This document shows positions 45,349 to 54,100 of a stretch of DNA of 64,000 nt, piece after piece (the first letter of the stretch is position 1; the number at the start of each line of letters is the position of its first letter). The position numbers were made by a program, and so were the translations under genes. The stretch comes from a virus: positions 1-64,000 of IMG/VR virus record IMGVR_UViG_3300030333_008459; one strand, written 5' to 3'. The notes under the pieces are model-generated. The model did no database searches. It was not told the origin of the DNA and worked only from the letters and a program-made list of their open reading frames with translations.

Positions 45349-45461
45349 TACCGTGAAACGGCTTTAAGAAACGATTCTTCGCTTTGTAACGTAATAGGTT
45401 AAGAATACGTTATTCGTAAAGTAAAACGTTTTATAAATATATTATAAATATTGCAGAATTT

Positions 45462-46070
45462 TTGGAAAAAGAAGAAAAAGATCTTAAGATGTTTGAAGTG
45501 CAGACCGACCTAACACTGATTTCTAACATCCAGAGCAATAATGACGAAGATAGTCTTATCGAGCTTATAAACAGGCACTCTGGCATCTACCATAGCATGG
45601 TAAACCAGTTTTTATCTAGCCCACGATACTGCTTAGATAAGAGTCAAGTTGTGAGTGAAAAAGATTCTGTAATTTACAGCTCCGCTCTTAATTACGACCC
45701 AGAAAGAAAAACAAAATTTTCCACTCATTTAGCGAATCAAACAAAGTGGAAGTGTTTAAATATTCTCAATAAAAAGAAGAAAAATAAAGAGGTTTTTATT
45801 GATGACAATAACACCTATACAGAACCTTATTGTGAAAGCTTCGTTCAGCAAATAAACAAAGAGGAGGCAATTAATATGTTTAAAAATTGCTTAGAGAAAG
45901 AAAAAGATCATCGGGTTAAAAAAATTATTGACATGCGATATAATGTGAGTCACAATAAACTCACTCCTTGGAGAAAAATTGCAAAAGAAGTTGACATGAG
46001 TATTCAGGGATGTATAAACATTCACAACAAGTTCATTAACAAAGTAAAAAAAGAAGGAAATTATGTTTAA
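45462..46070 (+). CDS. Phage-encoded sigma70-like RNA polymerase sigma factor
   Basis: L..LI.RH.G...YDPERKTKFSTHL (region 2) and IIDMRY...LTPWRKIAKE.DMS.Q....I (region 4 HTH). The true start may be ATG 45489 or GTG 45498. Confidence 0.85.
   Translation: MEKEEKDLKMFEVQTDLTLISNIQSNNDEDSLIELINRHSGIYHSMVNQFLSSPRYCLDKSQVVSEKDSVIYSSALNYDPERKTKFSTHLANQTKWKCLNILNKKKKNKEVFIDDNNTYTEPYCESFVQQINKEEAINMFKNCLEKEKDHRVKKIIDMRYNVSHNKLTPWRKIAKEVDMSIQGCINIHNKFINKVKKEGNYV
45991..46018 (+). promoter_or_regulatory. Internal sigma70-type promoter upstream of ssb
   Basis: TTGACA-16 bp-TATAAA inside the sigma gene. Confidence 0.5.
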
Positions 46071-46428
46071 TTCAATTACAGCAGCTGCCTATCTTGTAAA
46101 AGATCCAGAAGTCCGCACTACTAGTTCGGGTAAAAAAGTCGCCACTCTGAGGGCGGGTATTTCCACATCTAATGCTAAAACGAAATGTTTTATTGACATC
46201 GAGTATTGGGACAAGACAGCAGAGATTGCCGAAAAATATCTCACTAAAGGAAGAGAGTTCATGGTTCAAGGTGAACTTTGCATGTCTTCTTGGGAGAAAG
46301 ATGGAAAAAATTTCAGCAAATACTTCGTCAGGGGAAAAGATTTACAGTTTCTCAGTTCAGGTAAAAAGTCTGATTCTGATTCGCAAACTTCAGAGGTGGA
46401 AGAATCTGAAGACCTTGTTCCATTTTAA
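46063..46428 (+). CDS. ssb: Single-stranded DNA-binding protein
   Basis: L.KDPEVR.T.SG..VA, W...AE...KYL.KG..V.G.L...W and an acidic tail ending in VPF. Confidence 0.93.
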   Translation: MFNSITAAAYLVKDPEVRTTSSGKKVATLRAGISTSNAKTKCFIDIEYWDKTAEIAEKYLTKGREFMVQGELCMSSWEKDGKNFSKYFVRGKDLQFLSSGKKSDSDSQTSEVEESEDLVPF

Positions 46429-47510
46429 TGAAAGACAAACTCCTTTTAGAAGTCCCACTTAACAGGTTAAGCTTCGGTAATGTTAGCTATAACATTATCC
46501 GAGAGCTTTATAAGCTAGATGCTGATATAGCCATTTTTCCTATTGGTCCTATCGAGCAAATTGATCTCTCTGCTTTCGATGTTAAGGATGATATTAAAAA
46601 ATATATAGACGATGCCATACAAAAAAGATGGGACTTCATAGGTAAGATACCATCTCTTAAGCTGTGGCATCTGGGCGGTTCAGAAAATAGAAAAAGCAAA
46701 GATCAGTTTCTGTATACGTTTTATGAGTGCAATCAGCCTACTAAACAAGAATTAGCTATCTGTTCCGCGCAAGATAGAACTTTTTTTAGTTCTACATACG
46801 CCACAAAAGCATTTAAAAATAGAGGGTGTGAGAATGTTTCTTTTGTTCCACTTGGGTTTGACCCTGATTTTTTTAGAACTGAAAAAACATATCTAAAAGA
46901 TGTAGTTCATTTTGGGTTGATGGGAAAATTCGAAAACAGAAAACATACTCAAAAGATTATAAGAACTTGGCTTAAAAAGTATGGGAACAATAATAATTAT
47001 CAGCTTTCTTGCTGTGTATCCAATCCCTTCTTTAAGCCAGATCAAATGAAATCTATCATTACCGAAACTCTTGAGGGTAAAAATTATAACAATATTAATT
47101 TTTTACCACCTCTGGCAAAAAACAATGAGGTTAACGAACTTTTAAATTCAATAGATATTGATTTAACTGGATTATCAGGAGGAGAGGGCTGGAATTTGCC
47201 CTCTTTTAATTCCACCTGTTTGGGAAAGTGGAGCGTTGTTTTGAATTGCACATCTCATAAAGATTGGGCTACCGAAAAAAATTCTATATTAATAGAGCCA
47301 TCAGGAGAAATGCCTGTAGCTGATGGTATTTTCTTTTCACAAAATAATGAGGTCAACCAAGGAACTTTCTATACTTGGACAGAAGAAGAGGCTATATCCG
47401 CTATGGAGACAGCGGAACAAAAGGCGGGACAAATTAACTCAGAGGGACAAAAATTAGCGGAAAAAATGACATACGCTAAGACTACTGAAAGCATTTTATC
47501 CTTTATTTAG
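46428..47510 (+). CDS. GT4-like glycosyltransferase
   Basis: SFG.V, VPLGFD, GKFE.RK and SGGEGWNLP. Confidence 0.78.
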   Translation: MKDKLLLEVPLNRLSFGNVSYNIIRELYKLDADIAIFPIGPIEQIDLSAFDVKDDIKKYIDDAIQKRWDFIGKIPSLKLWHLGGSENRKSKDQFLYTFYECNQPTKQELAICSAQDRTFFSSTYATKAFKNRGCENVSFVPLGFDPDFFRTEKTYLKDVVHFGLMGKFENRKHTQKIIRTWLKKYGNNNNYQLSCCVSNPFFKPDQMKSIITETLEGKNYNNINFLPPLAKNNEVNELLNSIDIDLTGLSGGEGWNLPSFNSTCLGKWSVVLNCTSHKDWATEKNSILIEPSGEMPVADGIFFSQNNEVNQGTFYTWTEEEAISAMETAEQKAGQINSEGQKLAEKMTYAKTTESILSFI

Positions 47511-47522
47511 TGTATTTTAGTG

Positions 47523-47539
47523 TTGGTATTACAATTGCT
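47523..47539 (+). promoter_or_regulatory. Sigma54 (RpoN)-type -24/-12 promoter
   Basis: TTGGTATTACAATTGCT = GG-N10-GC; predicted +1 at about 47550, ATG at 47551. Confidence 0.6.
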
Positions 47540-47550
47540 ATTTAATAATT

Positions 47551-47877
47551 ATGAATCCACTTTTTGAAAAGCTATTCGACAATCCCTCCTATCCTTTTAC
47601 TCTTAATACTAATGTATCTGTTTTGGACAAAGGAGATGTTTACACCGCAGAACTAGAACTCGCTGGAATCTCTAAAGAGGAAATAAAATTAACAGTCGTA
47701 GATGGTGTTTTAAACGTTCACGCTGAAAATAAAGATCGCAAAAAAAGGTTTAAAATATATTTAACAACTGATGTATCAGAAGGACACATTTCTTCTAAGT
47801 TAAAAAACGGCCTACTCACTATCACAATGCCCAAGAAAGAGGTTTGCGAAGGAAGAAATATTGAAATCGAAACGTAA
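47551..47877 (+). CDS. Small heat-shock protein Hsp20
   Basis: ELAG.SKEEI...V.DGVL.V...I.SKLKNGLLTI.MPK alpha-crystallin motif. Confidence 0.9.
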   Translation: MNPLFEKLFDNPSYPFTLNTNVSVLDKGDVYTAELELAGISKEEIKLTVVDGVLNVHAENKDRKKRFKIYLTTDVSEGHISSKLKNGLLTITMPKKEVCEGRNIEIET

Positions 47878-48263
47878 TGCCTATTTATGTTTACAAAAAT
47901 CCTGAAACAAACGAATACCGCGAGGTATTCCAAGGGATGAATGATAAACACATTTATTCAGAGGATGGTGTTGAGTGGAAGAGGGTTTTTCTTTCACCCA
48001 ACGCTTCCATTGATAGCTCAATAGACCCGTTCAATAAACAGCAATATATGGATGCCACCCATAAGAAGAAAGGGACTATGGGTGATATGATGGACCTATC
48101 TGCTGAACTAAGCGCTAAACGGTCAGAAAAAATAGGAGGCTTAGACCCTGTAAAAGAAAAGTTTTACGATAACTATGCGAAAGAAAGAAAAGGCGCTCAA
48201 CACCCTGAAAGAATAAAAGAACGTGGTTATGAAAGCAAAAGAGTTAAGATTGATTACGACTAG
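47877..48263 (+). CDS. FmdB-like zinc-ribbon-type protein lacking Cys ligands
   Basis: MPIY.Y.N..T.E..EVFQ.M...KRVF..P pattern. Confidence 0.6.
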   Translation: MPIYVYKNPETNEYREVFQGMNDKHIYSEDGVEWKRVFLSPNASIDSSIDPFNKQQYMDATHKKKGTMGDMMDLSAELSAKRSEKIGGLDPVKEKFYDNYAKERKGAQHPERIKERGYESKRVKIDYD

Positions 48264-49429
48264 TGGAACACAGTCGAATCACAATGCCCACTAATTTTTA
48301 AACCTTCTGTTTCTGTAACCGCGAAAGAAAATTCAGCGTCAAATTGCATTTGCCCGTTTATCGCCATTCCATAATTGTAAGAATTTAATTTTGCGTTTTC
48401 TATCTTATAAAGAGCTTGATTTTGAACAGGATCGACATCAGCAGCCAAACGCAATTCAAAACTATAATCTTCGTCACTGTCCAAGACTCCTGTTAAGATA
48501 CCCGCATCTAATCCTGACACAAGAGAGGAAACTGAAAATTTGCCATTAGCGGGGAATTGTGCTTTTCTATTGTAAGCAAAATCATTTCCTAATCCGTAAG
48601 AAGAGACCCTCGGCAAATCAACCGACAGATCTAAAGATTGAATAAAATGTGTCCCAGATAAGTTTTGCCCCCCTACCTGCATATTTTGTAATGTTATATC
48701 ACTATTGCTATTAACTGGATTTAATATAGGGGGTCTTGTTTGAGATATAGTATAACCAACATTTGGAGAAAACGTAAAGGAAGTTGAGGCTGCATTATCG
48801 TTGTTTCCACTTTCTAAATTAATAGCTGGGGAATTCATTGTTTCTCCAGTTATGTTTTCGAAAACAACGTTAGAGCAGATATAGTTTGTAGAAACAATAG
48901 GTAATCCCCCCACTGCATAACTAAGTCCGTATGTTGTAGGGAAACAGTTCCCAAAAGCCATTGCATCAAAACCTGATAAATTTATAGTCTCATCGTCAAA
49001 TGTTATATCATAATCTTTTAAAGCGTTAGTCCCCTGTCTCGGAGCCATAAAAACATAAAAATTTGTAGATTTCCCGACCACACCAGAAAACATATTATGT
49101 AGTCCAGTTAAATAATGCCCCTTCCCAGCGGCGGTGGGTGTTTCCATTAAAAACCCCCCATTACACTCATTAGTCATCCACGGCTGGCCGAAAAAAGAAA
49201 TTGTTAATTCTACGTTAGGCTGTTGCACAATACCATTAAAAGAAAAATCTTGACTACCTACTTGTTTCAAATTTTGGCGAGGTAATTGTATAGAATAGTT
49301 GACTTCTTGAACCCCACCATAAAGACATAACTGTCGTTTAGCAAAAGGACTTCCTCCCGCAACAAAAGCCTCATCTGTGTTTTGGGTTGCTACAAAAGCA
49401 ATATTGCTTTTTATAATATCTCTAGCCAT
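48260..49429 (-). CDS. Tail-tube-like protein (paralogue of 62306..63451); probable tube-baseplate junction
   Basis: Shared blocks VQ..NYS....RQ...Q.G, GN.....Y.....VG.LP and IQS.......R.....LG..FA..R...FP. Confidence 0.65.
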   Translation of the reverse strand: MARDIIKSNIAFVATQNTDEAFVAGGSPFAKRQLCLYGGVQEVNYSIQLPRQNLKQVGSQDFSFNGIVQQPNVELTISFFGQPWMTNECNGGFLMETPTAAGKGHYLTGLHNMFSGVVGKSTNFYVFMAPRQGTNALKDYDITFDDETINLSGFDAMAFGNCFPTTYGLSYAVGGLPIVSTNYICSNVVFENITGETMNSPAINLESGNNDNAASTSFTFSPNVGYTISQTRPPILNPVNSNSDITLQNMQVGGQNLSGTHFIQSLDLSVDLPRVSSYGLGNDFAYNRKAQFPANGKFSVSSLVSGLDAGILTGVLDSDEDYSFELRLAADVDPVQNQALYKIENAKLNSYNYGMAINGQMQFDAEFSFAVTETEGLKISGHCDSTVFH

Positions 49430-49430
49430 T

Positions 49431-50381
49431 TTATGTTCCTGTTGGTATTACCCCGAGTGGATCTTCTATTAATTCAACTGTTAAATCATTAGAGTTGTAA
49501 GAAACCCAAGTGTGACTCCACTGAGGACAATAATAAACTTTAGGTCTATCATATAACGAGGGAATTTGATGCTCAAATCTTCTGTATCCACCTTTTCTTT
49601 CTAAAAAATGAAGCATACACTTTAACTGATCATCAGTTATATTTTTATAAGTATAGCTCATGTTAAATGTAGCTATATTATTATTTGTTTTTAATCTCTC
49701 TTTAAAAGAGTTATTGAAGTTTATAATATCAGCCTTAATAGTTACATCGTTTTGAGTTCCGATATCTGGTTCGAAGAAAAACTTTTGAGACCAAATTGAA
49801 TCTGAACCTGTAGGGCTATTTGTTTCAGTAGAAGTGTGGTCTCCACTACAATAGTAAAAATTATCTAATTTGTTTCCATTAATTCCAGTATAAACCACAT
49901 CATATTTTAAATAGTTAACGCCTTGGCCCCAGTCTTGGAAAGGCAAGTTAGAGAAAGATCCTCCTGACCAATTTAACAAAGTAGGAGCACGATTTATACT
50001 AACGCTAGCAGCAACCTCAAAATGCTGATTGTTAATAAAATTAACAGCATAATTATTACAAACTCCTGAAACAGTATGATATACTCTAGTGTCAGGTATA
50101 AACTCAAACTGGTTGTCTCCTGACTGATTTTCAAAAAACGCCACTAGTTTTTGAGCATTTGTTTCATTGACATCATATCTAACATTAAACTCTGCTGTCA
50201 AACTGTTGAGAGACATGGGAATTAAATTATAATAAAAATCATCAGTAACATAACTGTGATTATCAGCTGCAAAGCTTACCTGAGATCCGTAAACAGGACT
50301 TAACGAAAGATCAGCCAGCTCGCTTGGAACTGTGACCCCCGAGACATTAATGTCTCTATTATAGAATAAGCTTTCTCCCAT
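49431..50381 (-). CDS. Minor/distal tail protein (two lambda gpM/Dit-like domains with a CBM-like insertion)
   Basis: Two copies of 'F...Y.....  ..L..F.E...G...F.F' separated by W...NY.KYDVVY...YYC...P....W. Confidence 0.6.
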   Translation of the reverse strand: MGESLFYNRDINVSGVTVPSELADLSLSPVYGSQVSFAADNHSYVTDDFYYNLIPMSLNSLTAEFNVRYDVNETNAQKLVAFFENQSGDNQFEFIPDTRVYHTVSGVCNNYAVNFINNQHFEVAASVSINRAPTLLNWSGGSFSNLPFQDWGQGVNYLKYDVVYTGINGNKLDNFYYCSGDHTSTETNSPTGSDSIWSQKFFFEPDIGTQNDVTIKADIINFNNSFKERLKTNNNIATFNMSYTYKNITDDQLKCMLHFLERKGGYRRFEHQIPSLYDRPKVYYCPQWSHTWVSYNSNDLTVELIEDPLGVIPTGT

Positions 50382-51190
50382 TATTGATTTCCTATATAGT
50401 TAAGGTTTAGCCTTAGAGAACCATCAGCAGAAGATGAAAGCTCCTCACTAACTAGCACCGCAGACGGCAAACGATATGTCTGAATGGTTGACCCATCTCT
50501 TCCTTTGACTGTTAAAACAACAACATCTGAATTTCCAAACTTTCCCCCTCTTCCATCTTTACCCGAAGTTAAAAAATTATATCCACTTTCAGGCATAGCG
50601 TCATCAACATCTAGCTGTATCGAAGCGGTGTAAGCAGTAGGGTGTATAGCCTTGACTTCTGATGGAGACTGACTACCTATCGTGTAATATGGCTTAATAG
50701 TATAAGTCTTTGAATAATCAAAACCTAAAACTCTGTTTGTAGTAGAGTTGTTACAAGTAGCGGTAATTGAACCCTGAGTCGGGATATCTATATTGCTAGT
50801 GGTTGTTCCTGATGCGTTAGCTCCACTTCTTAATTCATCATAAATAACAAAATTATAATTAACCCGAGGGATTGCGCCGACAGCTACGTTAACTGAATAA
50901 TTAGTTAAATAACCATTAGTAAAACCATAAGATGAATTATTATAATTTAAACTACCACTTGCCCTTTGTCCTATAGTTAAATCTTCTATAGTTGTATCAG
51001 AGATAAGATATCTAGAAACAGAAAGGCTTTGTTCAGTCGGACCTCCAACCGTTGTCACTCCTCCTAAATATCCCAAAGGCTTGCTGAGATTAGCGGAGTT
51101 TCTATAGCCTATATCTACAGAATTAACGCCTGATATCTCTTCTCCATCTACAAAAAAGTGGGAGTCGTAATTTAACCTTGTTCCAAACAT
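50381..51190 (-). CDS. Tail-tube-like protein (third paralogue)
   Basis: NGYLTNYSVNVAVGAIP matches GNAYLTDYSVDLSVGSLP of the major tube protein; lies immediately downstream of the TMP. Confidence 0.6.
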   Translation of the reverse strand: MFGTRLNYDSHFFVDGEEISGVNSVDIGYRNSANLSKPLGYLGGVTTVGGPTEQSLSVSRYLISDTTIEDLTIGQRASGSLNYNNSSYGFTNGYLTNYSVNVAVGAIPRVNYNFVIYDELRSGANASGTTTSNIDIPTQGSITATCNNSTTNRVLGFDYSKTYTIKPYYTIGSQSPSEVKAIHPTAYTASIQLDVDDAMPESGYNFLTSGKDGRGGKFGNSDVVVLTVKGRDGSTIQTYRLPSAVLVSEELSSSADGSLRLNLNYIGNQ

Positions 51191-51196
51191 TTTTTA

Positions 51197-54100
51197 TTAC
51201 CTTCTTAATGATCCACCTAATCTTTTCTCCTCTTCTATTGTTTGTCTCACAACATCTCTAATTCTTAAAGCTAAAGTTTGCTGCTCCTCATCGCCGCCGC
51301 CTTCAGTTGTCTGTGTCCCGTCAGAATTAACAGTAATATTAATTACAGTTTCTCCACCTTCTCCAGAAACATTTATAAGTTGATCCAATCTTGAAACTAT
51401 CGCCTCAGTTCCACCTTCTAAACTACCCCCTCCATTTAAATTAGAAAGGTTTCCACGCCCGATGCGCTGGGTGGCGGCAGCATTCATAACAAATTCTCCA
51501 CCCGACAACATGCTGGGGACCGTATCTACTCCAGCAGTGGGAGAGATATATCCACCAGTAGCATGTTTATCTAGGTTTATACCAGCTGCTGAGTTAGATC
51601 TTAACCAAGCTTGCAGTTCAGCTTCGGTTTGTGGTGTTACGACATTTCTCGGGGTTCCCAATGGCGGCAGAACACCTGCGGCTCCAGCTGTCGCAGTATC
51701 CGCAAAGGATGATGGCCCAGGTCTAAATCTAAATCTACTTGGTCTCACTCCACCTGTAAATCCAGTGCCTACCGTATTTCCAACCCTAGCGGCTGCTTGA
51801 TTGATTTCTTGTATATTTTCGGAAGTTACATTGTCTAAGTTTTCTATGGCAGAAGCTTGCCCCATGTTAAAAAAGTTGCCTATCGCTCTTCCTGCTCTAG
51901 CGAAAAAACCTCCCCCCTCTCCAGACGAGTTACTAAGAACACCGCTTGCTCCTCCACCCAACATAATCCCAGCCCCGCTATCAGAAGAAAGTCCAGCTGA
52001 TTCAACTCCACCAGATTCTCCTCCTCCTTGATTAACAAGACCACTAACCCCAGCCGCTACTACAGCGCTAATAACGGAACCTAATAAAGCTCTTCTTTGT
52101 TGCTCTCGTTGTTCTCTTAATTGTTCTTCAAGCTGTGATTGTCTCGCAAATAAACCAAATGCCTCTCTTTGGGATTCTTGTTCTCTTTGAAACAGAGGGC
52201 TATTCCTTCTTCCAAACATCGTGAGACGAGCGCTCATAGGTTCTAAAGAAGCAAAGCCTAATCCTTCGCCACCCCCAACTCTATCAAACTGTCCGCTAGT
52301 CGAAGATTGGGTGGCAAAACGAAGCAGATCTCTACTCCCTGTTATTGATCCTTGACCGAAAGTTCCTGGGCTGTAGAAACCTCCCGCTTGCATCTGAGGA
52401 ACATTGCCTTCATTTAAATCTTCTAAAAATGCTCTTCCATATCTATTCACGGAAGCTCTTCTGATAACAAACTCGCCACCAGTTAATAACGTAGGAACAT
52501 CATCCCTAGTTCCTGAACCGCCCGTGATTATACCGCCTCTGTTTTTCTTTTCTCCTCCAAACAAAAAACTTAAAAGATTAAAACCACCGCCGCCGCCCTT
52601 TCCTAGACCTACCCCTGTGATCTGGTCAACAGCGCTCTGCATAAAGCCTTTAGCTAATAAACTAAAGAAATCTGTGGCAGCGGCTCTAAGGGCATCTCCT
52701 AAACTTTCACCCCTAGCTATCGCATCTACAAGGGCATCGGACATGGTGTTTTTAAAATTTATGGCCGCATTCTCTATTGTAGTAGCAAGAGTATCTGCAT
52801 TGTTTATAGCATCAAACTCTGGCCTCTCTCTTAGTCTCTGTAAAACACTACGCCTCTTGTCGCTTGCGTCTTGGATTATACTTGGCTCTACATCAGCAGG
52901 GCCACCCGCAACAGCGGCAGCTCTTCGCGCTGCGGCTAAACCCGCTCCTCCAAAACCAACTTTCTCTAATTGTCTAGAAGACTCTTGTAAATCATTAGCT
53001 GTTTTTATTCTTATTCCTATCAGCTCAAGTTCAGCCTTAGATTGAGCAAGAGTAGCCTCTGTGGACTGCCTAGATAATTCTGTTTCTTGCTTTAATGCTT
53101 CAAGGCGCTTCTTGATTTGAACTGTTTCTGTATCTGTAAGATTCTTAAGAGAGTCTTCAATTATTTTAAAAGCTTCTTCTGTCGTTTTAGCTTCGGCTAT
53201 TCTTTTCTTTAAATCTAACCTTGCCCCCTTTTGAATATCAGCAATATCTTCTTCCTTGAAGCCAGCTGTCCGTAATTCCTGTCCGCGAAGTTGCTGCCCC
53301 CTAGTATTAAAAGTCGGACCCAAGTCAAAACTTCTAGCCCTTTCTAACAATCTGGCTTCTCTTTCTCCTGCCCGTGATGTTTCTATACCAAAATTAAGCC
53401 CACGAATCTGCCTTTGTAAGCCTTCTCTTTGTTCGGGATTCAGCCCCCCTTGATCCAAAGTTCTTTGCGCGTCTCTTTTTAATCTTTCTAGGTCAGCTAT
53501 GTCTTCATTTGATTGGAATACTTGATCAAAGGCATCTTTACCAATTTGAAGGTCTAAAAGAGTTCTGGCTGTATCTAAGTTATCTCTTATTCTGTCGGTA
53601 TTATCAGCGGCTTTTTTTGTTGCTAATTCGAATGCGTTTGCAGCCTCAACAGATCCATCACCCGCCTCGACAATTTTGACCATGTTTTTAGCTATCTCTT
53701 CAGCGTTAATATTCCTTTTGTTATCAAATCCTAAAACTTTTTGAATAACCGCAGCTATTGCATTAGCATCTGTCAATTGTTTTACGGTCAATTTAGAAAG
53801 TTCATCTTGAAGATCTAGCCTTTGTTGTTCATTAGCGCTTAAACCTTCTACTGAATCTATCGCCTGTTTTACTAATTCGAATCTTCTTTTTAACAATTTA
53901 TTGTTAAGTTCAAATTCTAATTTTTGAGTGCGGAGATTTCTGAGTTCGTCTTTATTTAAAGTGCCTAAGCTTTCCGCTAATTTAATTCTTCTATCAAAAT
54001 CTTTTGTGGTAGTAAGCTCTACTTGGCGTTTATCTAAAGCTCCCTTTAATAGTTCTTTGGTTAATTTTAATTCTTCTCTTCTACCCTCATCGGCAGTAGC

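Noticed and set aside
45928-45944. TTGACA-5 bp-TATAAT inside the sigma gene
   Set aside because: The spacer is far too short; the match is explained by the IDMRYN codons.
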